From an uncultured delta proteobacterium (lineage in GTDB: Bacteria > Myxococcota > Myxococcia > Myxococcales > Myxococcaceae): 64,000 bases of DNA. The DNA lies in assembly GCA_963776345.1 (NCBI GenBank), contig CAVZMH010000015.1, positions 384,001-448,000 of the forward strand. Reading direction: 5' to 3'. A program made the translations under genes and the position numbers. Positions 29,542 to 40,745 of the stretch are shown one piece after another (position 1 is the stretch's first letter; each line of letters opens with the position of its first letter). The notes under the pieces were generated by a model. The model had not been told where the DNA came from. It did no database searches and was given only the letters and a program-made list of their open reading frames with translations.

Positions 29542-29779
29542 GGTGCCGTGAGGTCCCGGCAAGGCGTTCATCCGGCCGCCCGGCTGTTCCGGTGGCCCTG
29601 AGCACCCTTTCCGAGCACCTCCGGCGGCTCCCTCACGGCCCGCACCCGAGACGGAGGGCGGAGTTCCTGCGGCGCCTTCGCCCTCGCCGCCGCGGCGAAC
29701 ATCACCGCCGCCACCCAGTGCCTGGCGCTGGTGGTGAGCCAGACCTCGGGCGGGGTCCGACTGTTCTGCGTAAGTACTG

Positions 29780-29851
29780 AGCGGGAAAAGGGATTTGAAC
29801 CCTCGACCCTCGCCTTGGCAAGGCGATGCTCTACCACTGAGCTATTCCCGC
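29780..29851 (-). tRNA. tRNA-Gly(GCC); CCA not encoded
   Basis: GCGGGAA/TTCCCGC acceptor stem, D-arm AGCTCAGTGGTAGAGC, anticodon arm TCGCC-TTGCCAA-GGCGA, T-arm GGTTCAAATCC. Confidence 0.97.
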
Positions 29852-29866
29852 TGAACGACTCCGCGC

Positions 29867-29896
29867 CTGTTACCAATCGCCGGCCCCGGGGGTCAA
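29867..29896 (-). promoter_or_regulatory. Putative sigma-70-type promoter of tRNA-Gly
   Basis: TTGACC-18 nt-TAACAG ending 15 nt before the tRNA 5' end. Confidence 0.45.
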
Positions 29897-29964
29897 GCGC
29901 CCGCGGGCGAGGCGACCGCGCCCACGCGTGCTACATGCCTCCGCCCACCCCCGGGGAACCCTCC

Positions 29965-31215
29965 GTGCACACCCATCCATCGATCCGCCGCCCCTCCGTC
30001 CTCGCCGCGATGGCGCTGCTCGCCCTCCTGGGCTGCGGCGGCGGCTCCAATCCCGGGCCCGGAGGCGGCACCACGGTCACCGGCCAGGTGTTGGACGGCT
30101 TCGCCCAGCCGCTCCCCGGGCGCACGGTGCTCGTGGGCAGCCAGTCGACGACCAGCGACGCGAACGGCAAGTTCACCGTGAGCGGCGTCACCACACCGTA
30201 CGACGTGGTCGTCGTCGAGCCTGGGTCGGGCAAGGTTGCCACGGTGTACGCGCAGCTGACGCGCACCGATCCGAAGCTCCGCGACCTCGGGGCCACCAGC
30301 ACCCCGACCCGCCAGGCCACCCTCGGGGGGAACCTCTCCGGAGGTGACGCGCTCCCCACCCCCGACGCGACGTTGACCGGGGTGTCCTGGGGCTCGCCCG
30401 AGAGCTCCACCGGGTCCTACGTCACCAGCAGCCCCTACGCCTTCACCGTCGCCTGGTCCGGCCCGACCTCCATCACCGGCAGCGTGCACGCGCTCCAGTG
30501 GACGGTGGACCCGAGCGGCACCGTCACCGGCTACCGCTCGCACGCGGTGACCACCGGGGTGTCGCTCAGCGCCGGCAACGTGGTGAGCAACGCCAATCTG
30601 CTCCTGGCGGCGCCGCTGACCACCAACGTCTCTGGCAGCACCAGCGTCCCCGGCGGCTACACGATCGTCGACCGGACCGTCTACCTCACCTTCGACGACG
30701 GGGCATTCTTCCCCGTCAGCAGCGACGGCATCTCCAACCCTAGCTTCGACCTCCCGGTCCCCTCGGGCATCGGAGCCAGCGCGCAGATCAACGTCACCGC
30801 CGGCGACGGCGGCACCCAGACCTCGGCGCAGCTGTCCGGAGTGGCGCCCGGGACGACGGGCCTGGCGCTCACCCTCCCCGCTCCGGCGCTGGCCGCCACG
30901 CCCGCCGACGGGGCGACCGGCGTGGACACCGGCACCGACCTCGTCTGGAGCCCCGTCCCGAACGCCGTGCACCTCCTGATCCTGAGCGGTGGCTCGAGCG
31001 ATCCGACCTACATCGTGGTGAGCGGCGGCACGCGGGCCCGAATCCCCGACCTGACCGCGCAGGGCCTCGGGCTCCCCTCCGGGCGGCTGTACGACTGGGG
31101 GCTGGTCGCCGTCGGCCCGTCGCCGGGCATCGACGCCTTCACCGCCACCGGCGTCTTCCCCCGCGAGGGCTTCGGGTTCCAGACCGTCAGCAGCACGCAG
31201 TTCACGACCCGGTAG
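29965..31215 (+). CDS. Beta-rich lipoprotein with carboxypeptidase-regulatory-like N-terminal domain
   Basis: Lipobox LLGC-GGG; VTGQVLD...TTSDANGKFTVSGV; Thr/Gly-rich beta domains. Confidence 0.7.
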   Translation: MHTHPSIRRPSVLAAMALLALLGCGGGSNPGPGGGTTVTGQVLDGFAQPLPGRTVLVGSQSTTSDANGKFTVSGVTTPYDVVVVEPGSGKVATVYAQLTRTDPKLRDLGATSTPTRQATLGGNLSGGDALPTPDATLTGVSWGSPESSTGSYVTSSPYAFTVAWSGPTSITGSVHALQWTVDPSGTVTGYRSHAVTTGVSLSAGNVVSNANLLLAAPLTTNVSGSTSVPGGYTIVDRTVYLTFDDGAFFPVSSDGISNPSFDLPVPSGIGASAQINVTAGDGGTQTSAQLSGVAPGTTGLALTLPAPALAATPADGATGVDTGTDLVWSPVPNAVHLLILSGGSSDPTYIVVSGGTRARIPDLTAQGLGLPSGRLYDWGLVAVGPSPGIDAFTATGVFPREGFGFQTVSSTQFTTR

Positions 31216-31218
31216 GGC

Positions 31219-31908
31219 TCAGACCTCGGCCGAGCCGCTCCCGTCTCCCCGGCGCGCCAGCATCTGCAGGAAGCCGCGGAAGTACACCCCCGCGCTCCAG
31301 AGGCTGAAGAGCACGCTGAGGTAGGTCAGCGCCTGGCCGACGTCCTTGAAGCTCACCGGCCCGTGCCAGACCCAGAGGTCGATCTCGTGCCGGTAGTGGA
31401 CCAGGAGGGCGACGATGCCCACCAGCTGCAGGGCCGTCTTCCACTTCCCCTCCTGGCCCGCGGCGATGACCATCCCCTCGCTGGCGGCGATCTGCCGGAG
31501 CCCGGTGACCACGAACTCGCGCGAGAGCAGGAGGATGGCCACCCACGCCGGGAAGCGGCCCAGGCGCACCAGCATCACCATCGCCGCGAGGACGATCAGC
31601 TTGTCGGCGAGCGGGTCGAGGAACTTGCCGATGACGGTGACCAGTCCCATCCGCCGCGCGAGCCATCCGTCCACCACGTCGGTGATCGCCGCCACCGCGA
31701 ACAGCGCGCCGGCGAGCAGCGAGGCCAGCGGGTTCGCCTGGTACGCCAGCTCGATGAACAGCGGGATGATCAGGATCCGCCCGAAGGTCAGGAGGTTCGG
31801 GACGTTCCACAGCTCCTTGAGCAGCACCCCCGGGGGGCGACGCTCCCGGCCCGGCCGGCGCCGGCGGCGCTTCCGTCGTCCTTCCCGCGGTGCCGGGGGC
31901 TCGGCCAC
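31219..31908 (-). CDS. pgsA: CDP-diacylglycerol--glycerol-3-phosphate 3-phosphatidyltransferase
   Basis: NVPNLLTFGR, TDVVDGWLARR...GKFLDPLADK, GKWKT. Confidence 0.93.
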   Translation of the reverse strand: MAEPPAPREGRRKRRRRRPGRERRPPGVLLKELWNVPNLLTFGRILIIPLFIELAYQANPLASLLAGALFAVAAITDVVDGWLARRMGLVTVIGKFLDPLADKLIVLAAMVMLVRLGRFPAWVAILLLSREFVVTGLRQIAASEGMVIAAGQEGKWKTALQLVGIVALLVHYRHEIDLWVWHGPVSFKDVGQALTYLSVLFSLWSAGVYFRGFLQMLARRGDGSGSAEV

Positions 31909-31977
31909 GCCCCGGGCTTACTCCACGTGTGGCCGCGTTGGCGACGCCGAACCCGGGGAGTACGCTCCACGGCCTTG

Positions 31978-32337
31978 ATGCGGCGCACGGGGACAGCGAT
32001 TGCCCTTGCCGTTCTCGGGCGCGCCGCCCTCGCCGAGCCCACCGGCGCCGAGGAGCTCGCCCAGCGGAGGGAGGCTGCCCGCGAGGCGCTCAGGCCGTCC
32101 TGCGGGCGATGTCACGACCACGGACAGCCGACCGCCCGTCCCGCGGCGCTTCGGGTCTTCGACCTCCAGGACGCGGACTGGTCGGCGCACGTGACCGACG
32201 TGCAGATGGACCACATGGTGGGCCGCTTCGAGAGCTTCAAGATGCCCCAGGCGGACCGGGTCACCGTGCAGCGCTTCCTCGACGCCGAGCGCGCCCGGCG
32301 CGCCTCCGCCCCGCCGGCCGCCGAGCCGGGGCACTGA
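31978..32337 (+). CDS. Small secreted c-type cytochrome-like protein
   Basis: Signal peptide and a single CGRCH motif. Confidence 0.6.
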   Translation: MRRTGTAIALAVLGRAALAEPTGAEELAQRREAAREALRPSCGRCHDHGQPTARPAALRVFDLQDADWSAHVTDVQMDHMVGRFESFKMPQADRVTVQRFLDAERARRASAPPAAEPGH

Positions 32338-32348
32338 GGGCGGAGACG

Positions 32349-33194
32349 ATGGGCGCCTCGGGCCCCGCGACACTCTGGCGGAGCATCGTCACCGAGACCG
32401 CCGAGCGGGCCGACGCCGGCGCGCGGCTGGCGCTCGAGCGCGAGGGGCATCGGCGGCTCGACCGCGACGCGGGCATCGTGCTGGTCACCGCGGTGCTCTG
32501 CCTCACCCTCATCCAGTTCTTCGGCCGGCCCGGCGCGCTCGAGACCTGGCGGCAGCTCTGCGCGGCGCTCCACCTCGAGCCCCTCTTCCGCTGGATCGAG
32601 GCCTACGTCTTCGAAGGGCCGCAGGCCCGCTTCCATGCCCGGGTGTTCTGGGCCGCGGCCCGCGCGCTCACGCTCCTCGTCCTCCCGGCGGTGGTGGTGG
32701 TGACGGTGCTCCGGCGCCCGCTCGGCGACTTCGGGCTCCGCGTCCGGGGCATCCTTCCGCACGGCTGGCTCTACCTCGCAATGCTGCTCCTCATCGCCCC
32801 GGCGGTGATCATCGCCTCCTACACCCAGCCGTTCCAGGCCACCTACCCGTTCTACCGTCTGGATCCAGGAGAGCGGCTCTGGCCCAACTTCTGGCTCTGG
32901 GAGCTGCTCTACGCCACGCAGTTCGTGGGCATCGAGTTCTTCTTCCGCGGCTTCCTGCTCCACGGGCTCAAGCAGCGGATGGGCTACGCCGCGGTCTGGG
33001 CCTCGGTGGTCCCGTACACCATGATCCACTTCGAGAAGCCGCTGGCCGAGTGCCTCGGCGCCATCGTCGCCGGGTGGGTGCTCGGCACGCTCAGCCTGAA
33101 GACCGGGTCCATGTGGTGGGGCGCGGCGATCCACACCGCCGTCGCCTGGGGCATGGACCTGCTCTCGCTCGGGCACCAGGGTCGGCTCGGCTGA
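32349..33194 (+). CDS. CPBP (Abi/CAAX) family intramembrane protease
   Basis: IEFFFRGFLL, MIHFEKP, AAIHT; multi-TM. Confidence 0.85.
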   Translation: MGASGPATLWRSIVTETAERADAGARLALEREGHRRLDRDAGIVLVTAVLCLTLIQFFGRPGALETWRQLCAALHLEPLFRWIEAYVFEGPQARFHARVFWAAARALTLLVLPAVVVVTVLRRPLGDFGLRVRGILPHGWLYLAMLLLIAPAVIIASYTQPFQATYPFYRLDPGERLWPNFWLWELLYATQFVGIEFFFRGFLLHGLKQRMGYAAVWASVVPYTMIHFEKPLAECLGAIVAGWVLGTLSLKTGSMWWGAAIHTAVAWGMDLLSLGHQGRLG

Positions 33195-33204
33195 CGCCGC
33201 ATCT

Positions 33205-34665
33205 CTAGAGGGCGCTGGCGGGAACGCAGAGCAGGGCCGCGCCCTCGCCCGAGAGCTCCACCGCCGGCGCGGGCGTGCCCTCCGGGCCCTCCCAGCCGAG
33301 CGCCACCACCCGCGGGCTGAGCTGACCCTGCCAGCCCACCCAGTGCTGCAGCGGCACCGTCACCGGGGCGTCGTGCCGCACCTCGGTGGAACGCAGGGGC
33401 CCGGGGAGCGCGAGCAGCACCTGCCCCACGCCACTCAGGTGCACCAGGTCCAGGTCCGGCGCCACCTCGCTCGGCACGCGCCCGTTCTCGAACATCACCG
33501 GCTCCTCGAAGCCGAAGACCCAGTCCTCGCGCAGGTAGACGCTCTCGTCGCCGAGGTCGATCGCCAGGAAGGTGCGGCCCATCACCCCGAGCCACGCCGT
33601 CCCCGTGCCCACCAGGCGGTGCATGCGCGCCGGTCCCCAGCCGAATGGCTTGTCCGTCACCCGTCCGCGGAAGCGCTTGAACTCCGCGCGGGCCTCGATG
33701 ACCCCGGTCCACCCGAGCAGCCCCGAGGTGCGGACCAGCACCTCGCCGCGGACCTCCACCCGCACCGCCTCCGGCGTCACGGTGAAGGTGCGGCTTCCGT
33801 CGCCAGGCAGCTTCCCGGCCACGCTGGAGAGCTCGGTGGGGCGGATCACCGGATGCGAGGAGTCGGCCAGCGTGGTGCGGGCCGCCTCGCGGAGCGATCG
33901 CATCGGCGCGGGAGGAGCCGGAGGAGCGGCGACCTCGGCTTGCGCAGGCGGAGCCGCCGGGCGCGCGGACCCGGGCTGGGGCGGCTTGGCGAGGGCGGCC
34001 GACGCCGGCTCGCCGCCGCTCCCGAACGTGGGCAGGGGGGCCGCGGGGACGGGCGCGGGCGGCGCCGCCGCCTCGGTGAGCGGGATGGGCGCCGGCTCCC
34101 CGCCGAGCTGCGCCACCGAGACCACCGGCAGCTCCTGCGTCAGCCCGGAGATCTTCTGGTCGGGCGGAGCAGGCCTGGGCGGCACGGGCACCGGCCGCGC
34201 CTCGGCGGCGAGCGCCTTGGCCATCTTCTCGGCCATCACGTCCGAGCCGGCCTTGACGAAGTGCTCGCGGGCCCGGCCGTACTCGCCGGCCTGGGCGAGC
34301 GCGAGCCCGAGGTAGTTGTGCGCCTTGAGGTGCCCGGGCTGCAGCTCCACCGCGGTCTCGAACTCGCGCACCGCACGGGTCAGCTGGTTCGACTTGAGGT
34401 AGACCAGCCCGAGGTTGACCCGCAGCGTCGGATCGGCGCCGTTCTCGCGGACCAGCGCCTCGTAGACCTCGGCCGCGCGCACGAAGTCGCCGAGCTTGAA
34501 GTACGCCAGGCCGAGCAGGTTCTTCGCCTTCTCGTCGCCCGGGCGCATCTGGTAGGCGCGCTCGAGGTGGTCGCGGGCCTCGGTCAGCTGCCCCTGCTGG
34601 AGCAGCTCGCCCCCGCGGTAGAGGGCCTCGAGGAAGACCGCGTCGGTGGCTTCCGCCGCGTTCAC
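33205..34665 (-). CDS. TPR-repeat protein with Pro-rich linker and C-terminal AIM24-like domain
   Basis: [11 protein letters not shown] / NLGLVYLK / NYLGLALA TPRs; C-terminal [12 protein letters not shown]...[12 protein letters not shown] overlap with the upstream gene. Confidence 0.75.
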   Translation of the reverse strand: MNAAEATDAVFLEALYRGGELLQQGQLTEARDHLERAYQMRPGDEKAKNLLGLAYFKLGDFVRAAEVYEALVRENGADPTLRVNLGLVYLKSNQLTRAVREFETAVELQPGHLKAHNYLGLALAQAGEYGRAREHFVKAGSDVMAEKMAKALAAEARPVPVPPRPAPPDQKISGLTQELPVVSVAQLGGEPAPIPLTEAAAPPAPVPAAPLPTFGSGGEPASAALAKPPQPGSARPAAPPAQAEVAAPPAPPAPMRSLREAARTTLADSSHPVIRPTELSSVAGKLPGDGSRTFTVTPEAVRVEVRGEVLVRTSGLLGWTGVIEARAEFKRFRGRVTDKPFGWGPARMHRLVGTGTAWLGVMGRTFLAIDLGDESVYLREDWVFGFEEPVMFENGRVPSEVAPDLDLVHLSGVGQVLLALPGPLRSTEVRHDAPVTVPLQHWVGWQGQLSPRVVALGWEGPEGTPAPAVELSGEGAALLCVPASAL

Positions 34666-35297
34666 CGCCACGCCGCCGGCTCCACCTGCGAGGTCATCGA
34701 CCCGTCCTGCTTGTACTGGAAGTACAGCGCCAGGACCTTCTGCACGTAGGTCCGGGTCTCGTCGAACGGAGGCACCTGGTTCCCGTACTTCCGGACCGCA
34801 TCCGGACCGGCGTTGTACGCGGCGACGATGGTCTCCATCTGGCCGTCGAACTCGTTGGCCAGCACCCGCAGGTAGCGCACGCCGCCGAAGATGTTCTGCC
34901 GGGCGTCGAAGATGTCCCGCACGTACATGTCCGACGCGGTGCCGGGCATCAGCTGCATCAGCCCCGAGGCGCCCTTCCGCGAGAGCGCGTGTGGATCGAA
35001 GTTGCTCTCGGCATGGGCCACCGCCCGCACCAGCGCCAGCGGGATGTTGTACCGGCGCGCCGCCTCGGTCATCCACTCGAGGTAGAGCGACGGCGCGATC
35101 ACCGAGCGCACCGGAGCCTCGGAAGGACGCGGGGCCTGGCGGAACGACGAGCCTCCGAGCCGGCGCGCCTTCACTCCGGCAGGAGGAACGTTGGTGTAGA
35201 CGATGGTCCCGTCCTTCTCGCGATAGGTGTAGATGGCGCTCGCGCGCGCGGGCAGAGCGGAGAACAGCGCGAGCAGGAGCACGGGCAGGAGACGCAT
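34662..35297 (-). CDS. Lytic transglycosylase (SLT) with N-terminal DUF4124-like segment
   Basis: Signal peptide, [42 protein letters not shown]. Confidence 0.92.
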   Translation of the reverse strand: MRLLPVLLLALFSALPARASAIYTYREKDGTIVYTNVPPAGVKARRLGGSSFRQAPRPSEAPVRSVIAPSLYLEWMTEAARRYNIPLALVRAVAHAESNFDPHALSRKGASGLMQLMPGTASDMYVRDIFDARQNIFGGVRYLRVLANEFDGQMETIVAAYNAGPDAVRKYGNQVPPFDETRTYVQKVLALYFQYKQDGSMTSQVEPAAWR

Positions 35298-35396
35298 CGG
35301 CAGGGGGTCGGCCTGCGACTCTACTGAACCCGCCGCGCAAACCTCAAGAAATGGCCCTTGTTTCCGCCGGGTTGGACCGCTACACGGGACGACAAG

Positions 35397-36980
35397 ATGC
35401 CCCGGCGGTTCGACTTCCTGGTGCTCGGCGGCGGCGTGGCTGGCCTGTCCTTCGCGCTCGAGGCCGCCCAGCGCGGGACGGTGGCGGTGCTCACCAAGCG
35501 CAGCCGGTCCGAGAGCAACACCATGTATGCGCAAGGGGGAGTGGCCGCGGTCCTCTCCGGGCGCGACAGCTTCGAGCAGCACATCGCCGACACGGTGGAT
35601 GCCGGGGCGGGTCTGAACAACCCCGAGGCGGTGGAGATCACCGTCCGGGATGCCCCGGAGCGAATCCACGAGCTGGCGGCGCTGGGCGCACATTTCGACA
35701 CCCGACCCGACGGCGAGTTCGACCTCGGGCGGGAGGGCGGGCACACCCGGCGGCGCATCGTCCACTCCGGGGACATCACCGGCCGGGAGATCGAGCGCGC
35801 CCTGCTGGCCGCCTGCGACGACCGGCCCAACATCCAGTTCTTCTCCGAGGCCGCGGCGATCGACCTGATCCTCGACCGCCGCAGCCCGCACGGGCAGCCG
35901 CGGTGCCTCGGAGCCTACGTGCTGCTCTCCACCGGGGAGATCGAGACCCTGCTCGGCAGGGTGACCGTGCTCGCCACCGGAGGCGCGGGAAAGGTGTACC
36001 TGTACACCACCAACCCCGACGTGGCGACCGGCGACGGGGTGGCCATGGCGTACCGGGCGGGCGCGCGCATCGCCAACATGGAGTTCTACCAGTTCCACCC
36101 CACCTGCCTGTTCAGCCCGGAGGCGAAGAACTTCCTCATCTCCGAGGCGCTGCGCGGCGAGGGGGGCAAGCTGCGGTTGCGCAGCGGCGCGCCCTTCATG
36201 CAGCGCTACGACCCGCGCGCCGAGCTCGCCCCGCGCGACATCGTGGCCCGGGCCATCGACTCGGAGCTGAAGCGGACCGGCGACGACTACGTGCTCCTCG
36301 ACATGACGCACCTCGGGCGGGCGTTCCTCATCGAGCGGTTCCCGAACATCTACGAGACCTGCAAGGCGTTCGGCGTGGACATGGCGGTGCAGCCCATCCC
36401 GGTCGTGCCCGCGGCGCACTACCAGTGCGGCGGCGTGTCCACCGACATGGGCGGCCGCACCAGCGTCCCCGGGCTGTTCGCGGTGGGCGAGGTGGCGCAC
36501 ACGGGGCTGCACGGCGCCAACCGGCTGGCCTCCAACTCGCTGCTCGAGGGGCTGGTGTTCGGTCACCGGGCGGCGCGGGCCGCGGCGGAGGAGCTGGGTC
36601 CGACGGCGCAGGGCGAGGACGTGCCGCCGTGGGACCCGGGCGCCGCGGTGGACCCGAACGAGGCGGTGCTGGTCACCCACAACTGGGAGGAGGTCCGCCG
36701 CCTGATGTGGAATTACGTGGGCATCGTCCGGACCGACAAGCGGCTGATGCGTGCCCGCCGGCGGCTGGACCTGCTCCGCGAGGAGATCCGCGACTACTAC
36801 TGGCGGTTCAAGGTGACCCGCGACGTCATCGAGCTGCGGAACATCGCCGACGTGGCGCACCTCATCGTCGAATGCGCCAGCCGGCGGAAGGAGAGCCGGG
36901 GCCTGCACTACACGCTCGACTACCCGAACCGCGACGACCACAACTGGAACAAGGACACGGTCGTCCAGCGCGAGCCCTGA
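35397..36980 (+). CDS. nadB: L-aspartate oxidase
   Basis: [58 protein letters not shown]. Confidence 0.96.
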   Translation: MPRRFDFLVLGGGVAGLSFALEAAQRGTVAVLTKRSRSESNTMYAQGGVAAVLSGRDSFEQHIADTVDAGAGLNNPEAVEITVRDAPERIHELAALGAHFDTRPDGEFDLGREGGHTRRRIVHSGDITGREIERALLAACDDRPNIQFFSEAAAIDLILDRRSPHGQPRCLGAYVLLSTGEIETLLGRVTVLATGGAGKVYLYTTNPDVATGDGVAMAYRAGARIANMEFYQFHPTCLFSPEAKNFLISEALRGEGGKLRLRSGAPFMQRYDPRAELAPRDIVARAIDSELKRTGDDYVLLDMTHLGRAFLIERFPNIYETCKAFGVDMAVQPIPVVPAAHYQCGGVSTDMGGRTSVPGLFAVGEVAHTGLHGANRLASNSLLEGLVFGHRAARAAAEELGPTAQGEDVPPWDPGAAVDPNEAVLVTHNWEEVRRLMWNYVGIVRTDKRLMRARRRLDLLREEIRDYYWRFKVTRDVIELRNIADVAHLIVECASRRKESRGLHYTLDYPNRDDHNWNKDTVVQREP

Positions 36981-36983
36981 TCG

Positions 36984-37670
36984 GTGGAACCCACGCCGAC
37001 GCCTCCCCCGCAACCGGTGCCCCGGCTGCCGCCGCCCCTGGTCTCCTGGACCTTCCTGGGGCTCTGCGTCCTCATCTTCCTCCCGCACGCCCTCGAGAAC
37101 GAGCCGCCGCTCCGCTTCATCCTCTACGGGCCGGCCGTGGCCGCGGGCGAGTGGTGGCGCGTGCTCAGCTCCAGCCTCGAGCACGTCACGCCGATGCACA
37201 TCCTGATGAACGGGCTGAGCATCTTCAGCTTCGGCCCCGTGGTGGAGCGGCAGATCGGCTCGAAGCGATTCCTCCTCGTCTCGCTGATCGCCGCCCTGAC
37301 CTCCTCGGCGGCCGCGCTGGCCTTCATGTGGTTCTATCCGAGCGCCGGCGCCTCCGGCGTCATCGCCGGATGGCTCGGGCTCGCGCTGCCCATCTCCGAC
37401 GGCCGGGCACGCAAGGTCCTGGTGCAGTGGACCATCCTCCTGGTGCTGGTCAGCCTCGTGCCGCGCGTGAGCTGGGCTGCGCACCTCGGCGGCTTCGTCG
37501 GGGGGCTGGCCGCCGGGCTGCTCATCCGCGCCTCGGCCCGGAGGAATCCCACCGAGCCGTTTCGCCTCCTCGACCGGCTCGCGCTGCCGCTCCTGGTCCT
37601 GGCCGTCCTGGCAGTGGTCCTCGTGGTGCGCTTGCACGCCGGCGCGACCCCGGAGACCCTGCCCGCATGA
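36984..37670 (+). CDS. Rhomboid intramembrane serine protease
   Basis: WWR, HILMN, GASG, AHLGG. Confidence 0.88.
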   Translation: MEPTPTPPPQPVPRLPPPLVSWTFLGLCVLIFLPHALENEPPLRFILYGPAVAAGEWWRVLSSSLEHVTPMHILMNGLSIFSFGPVVERQIGSKRFLLVSLIAALTSSAAALAFMWFYPSAGASGVIAGWLGLALPISDGRARKVLVQWTILLVLVSLVPRVSWAAHLGGFVGGLAAGLLIRASARRNPTEPFRLLDRLALPLLVLAVLAVVLVVRLHAGATPETLPA

Positions 37671-38221
37671 GCCGGCCGTTCCACGTCTGCGTCTTCTGCG
37701 GCGCGCGGAGCGGCGGCGCCCCGGCGTACGCCCGCGCCGCGGCGGCGCTGGGCCGGCGCCTCGGCGAGCGGGGCCTGGGGCTGGTCTACGGCGGCGGCCG
37801 GGTGGGGCTGATGGGCGCGCTGGCCGACGCGGCGCTGGCCGCGGGAGCGCCGGTGCTCGGCGTGCTGCCCCGGGCGCTGTCCAGCGTCGAGGTCGCCCAC
37901 GGGGGCCTGACCGAGCTCGTCCTGGTGGACGGGCTCCACGCGCGGAAGGCGCGGATGACCGCCGAGAGCGACGCCTTCGTCGCCCTCCCCGGCGGCTTCG
38001 GGACGCTCGACGAGCTGTTCGAGGCGCTCACCTGGGCCCAGCTCGGCCTGCACACCCGCCCCCTGGGGCTGCTCAACGTCGACGGCTTCTGGGACCCCCT
38101 GGTGGCCACCATCGAGCGCCAGGTCGCCGACGGCTTCGTCACCCCGGCGGACCGCGCTCGCCTGTCGGTGGAGGTCGAGCCCGATGCGCTGCTGGACGCG
38201 CTCGGGGCTCCGCGGCGCTAG
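37667..38221 (+). CDS. LOG-family nucleotide phosphoribohydrolase
   Basis: [27 protein letters not shown]. Confidence 0.92.
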   Translation: MSRPFHVCVFCGARSGGAPAYARAAAALGRRLGERGLGLVYGGGRVGLMGALADAALAAGAPVLGVLPRALSSVEVAHGGLTELVLVDGLHARKARMTAESDAFVALPGGFGTLDELFEALTWAQLGLHTRPLGLLNVDGFWDPLVATIERQVADGFVTPADRARLSVEVEPDALLDALGAPRR

Positions 38222-38381
38222 GATCCGCCCTGGGGGCGTTCCCCGGCCGAGCGCGCCGGAGTGGCGACTTCCCCCCGATGTGGAAGATTCGGGTGCAGCC
38301 CACCGTTCTGCCCCGGCGAGGGCCGGAGGCGAGCGGAGCGGGGCCCCACGTCCGGGCGACCCGGGGAGGAGCGAGGAAGCC

Positions 38382-39461
38382 GTGCTGACGCCACGGAGGC
38401 CCGCGCATCAGCGGCCCTTTGTCCGGGCGCTGATCCTCTCGCTCGCGCTGCACGCGGCGCTGGTGGTCTGGCTCCTCCGGTCCGAGCGCACCCGGGCCCC
38501 TCCCCCGCCGCGGCCGGCGATGCGCGTGTCCATCCGCCCGTTGCCTCCGCGCCCGACCCGGCCCGAGCGGCCCACCTCTCCCCCGGCCCCGGCTCATCCG
38601 CACGCCTCCGTGTCCTCCGCGCCGCCGGTCCCCGCGTCCCGTCCCGGCGCCGCCGCTGGAGCTCCGGCCCCGGGAGCTCCCCCATCGCCGGACACCGCGG
38701 CCGTGCGGACACCCGGGGCCGACGCGCCCATCCAGCTCTTCCCCGGCGGGGCGGTGGCCCGGGGCGCGGGGCCGGTCCCGCCCGGCGACGGCGCGTCGAC
38801 CTCGCGCGACGTCCCCGAGAGCCGCGAGGCGGAGGGCCGCCGGGTCCAGCAGCGGGTGGAGGCCTGGCGCTGGGACTCGCTCGCCGAGCGCCGGGTGGCC
38901 ACCGGCGTCGACGACTACTTCAAGGACTTCCGGCGGGCGATGCAGGCCAACATGGGGCCACCTCCGCCAGGGGGCGGGCCGAAGCACGGGGACCTCACCG
39001 CCGGCCAGCGGTGGATCAACGCCTGGCTCGACGCGCTGGAGGACGCCAATCCGTCGAAGCAGCCTCCGCCGCCGGGAGAGCGCATGCCCGCCCGGGACGT
39101 GCAGGACGTCACCGGCCGGATGGACGAGCTCATCGGCAACCACCTCGGGCCCATGGCCGTGCAGCCGAGCTTCGCCGCGCAGCGGCTGCTGCGGCGCGCC
39201 GCCGCGGTGGGGGTGCCGGTGGCCGTGCTGCGCATCGTCCAGCGCGCGGACGGCTCCATCGCCTCGACGGAGCTGGTCGCCTCCAGCGGAGACAAGACCT
39301 TCGACGCATACGTCGTGGAGCATGCGGCGCTGGCGCTCGCCGCCGTGCCGCCGCCTCCTGCGCGGCAGGGCGCCGGTCTGCACCCCGACGGCACCCGGAC
39401 CGAGTGGGCGTTCTACCGGGCGGGGGGAAGCTGCGGCGTGCTCCTCCTCCGCGCGTACTGA
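38382..39461 (+). CDS. TonB/TolA-like membrane-anchored protein
   Basis: SLALH anchor, Pro-rich linker, C-terminal ADGSI...SSGDKTFD module. Confidence 0.65.
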   Translation: MLTPRRPAHQRPFVRALILSLALHAALVVWLLRSERTRAPPPPRPAMRVSIRPLPPRPTRPERPTSPPAPAHPHASVSSAPPVPASRPGAAAGAPAPGAPPSPDTAAVRTPGADAPIQLFPGGAVARGAGPVPPGDGASTSRDVPESREAEGRRVQQRVEAWRWDSLAERRVATGVDDYFKDFRRAMQANMGPPPPGGGPKHGDLTAGQRWINAWLDALEDANPSKQPPPPGERMPARDVQDVTGRMDELIGNHLGPMAVQPSFAAQRLLRRAAAVGVPVAVLRIVQRADGSIASTELVASSGDKTFDAYVVEHAALALAAVPPPPARQGAGLHPDGTRTEWAFYRAGGSCGVLLLRAY

Positions 39462-39500
39462 TCGAACGGCCCGAGATCTCCCGCTCCTCGCGGGTGGCGG

Positions 39501-40184
39501 TCAGCGGCTCACTGGAGGCGACGGCGGTGACACCGGCGCGGTCGGCCCGGCGGGCGTCCCCCCGGACGCGAGGGGGAACTTCATCTCCACCTGCCCCTGC
39601 GTCGACGACATCCGGAAGAGGAGCGTCTGCGTGGCCGGGCCGACGAGCGGCTTGCCTGCCACGTCCGTCGGGAAGCGCACCGTGTACATGGTCCAGAACT
39701 CCCCCAGGTACGGGTAGTAGGCGCGCAGGTCCTGGTTGGCACGCCCCACCCGGCGAATGGCCAGCGGCGTGACCTCGCCCTGGTCCGTCACCAGGCTGAG
39801 CCTCCAGATGGTGTTCTTGGAGTCGAGGTCGTCGAAGCGCCGGTCGACCAGGCTCAGCCCCAGCACCACCTCGTGTCCCTGGGTGGCCTCGGCGCGCTCG
39901 CGGGCGAGCGCCTGCTCCAGCTTCGCCTCCGGCCAGGTCTGGAACTGGGCCTGCCGCCGGACGCGGGCCTCGCGGAACTCCGGGCTCTGGTAGGTGGCCG
40001 CGCAGTACAGCTGGGTGTCGAGGCCCGAGTAGACCTCGCGGTGCTCGGTGACCCGGTTCAGCGCAGCCTGGTAGCTCGCCTCGGCCCGGGAATCCGAGAG
40101 CTCGGCGCCCGGATCGCCGATCGTGGGCGGAGCCCCGGCACAGCCCGCGAAGCCGAGCAGGAGCAGCAGCGCCGCGGCCCTCAC
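39501..40184 (-). CDS. Hypothetical lipoprotein
   Basis: Lipobox FAGC; GTGA overlap with the pyrE stop. Confidence 0.7.
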   Translation of the reverse strand: MRAAALLLLLGFAGCAGAPPTIGDPGAELSDSRAEASYQAALNRVTEHREVYSGLDTQLYCAATYQSPEFREARVRRQAQFQTWPEAKLEQALARERAEATQGHEVVLGLSLVDRRFDDLDSKNTIWRLSLVTDQGEVTPLAIRRVGRANQDLRAYYPYLGEFWTMYTVRFPTDVAGKPLVGPATQTLLFRMSSTQGQVEMKFPLASGGTPAGPTAPVSPPSPPVSR

Positions 40185-40741
40185 GGGAGGAAGTCGCTCC
40201 GGGTGAACAGCGTGGACAGCCCGTAGCCCTTCTGGGTCACCGCCTCGCGCCCACCCTCCAGCCGGTCGACGAGCGCGAAGGCGCAGCGGACGCGGAGCCC
40301 GGCGGCCTCCACCCGCTCGATGGCCTTCAGCGTGCTGGCCCCGGTGGTGACCACGTCCTCCACCACCGCCACCTCGGCGCGATCGGCGATGAGGCTGCGC
40401 CCCTCGATCCACTCCCCGGTCCCGTGGCCCTTGGCCTCCTTGCGCACGATGAACGCGGGGATCGGCGAGCCGGCGAGGTAGCTGGTGAAGCTCACCGCGG
40501 AGGCGAGCGGGTCGGCTCCGAGCGTCAACCCGCCCACCGCCGCGGCGGCCGGCGCGAGCCGCTGGATGTCGCGCCACAGGAGCCGCCCCACCAGGAAGTG
40601 TCCCTCGGCGGTGAGCACCGTGCGCTTGCAGTCGATGTAGAAGTCGCTCTCCTTGCCCGAGGAGAGCGTCACCCGTCGCTTCTCGAACGACAGCTGGGTC
40701 AGCAACTCCAGGAGCCGTGCGCGATCCCGATCGAGCGCCAT
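40181..40741 (-). CDS. pyrE: Orotate phosphoribosyltransferase
   Basis: LSSGKESDFYID, RKEAKGHG, VVEDVVTTGAS. Confidence 0.95.
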   Translation of the reverse strand: MALDRDRARLLELLTQLSFEKRRVTLSSGKESDFYIDCKRTVLTAEGHFLVGRLLWRDIQRLAPAAAAVGGLTLGADPLASAVSFTSYLAGSPIPAFIVRKEAKGHGTGEWIEGRSLIADRAEVAVVEDVVTTGASTLKAIERVEAAGLRVRCAFALVDRLEGGREAVTQKGYGLSTLFTRSDFLP

Positions 40742-40745
40742 GGGG

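Noticed and set aside
19000..29851. Prophage or ICE integrated at tRNA-Gly
   Set aside because: I saw no integrase, phage or conjugation genes and no duplicated tRNA 3' end in the window.
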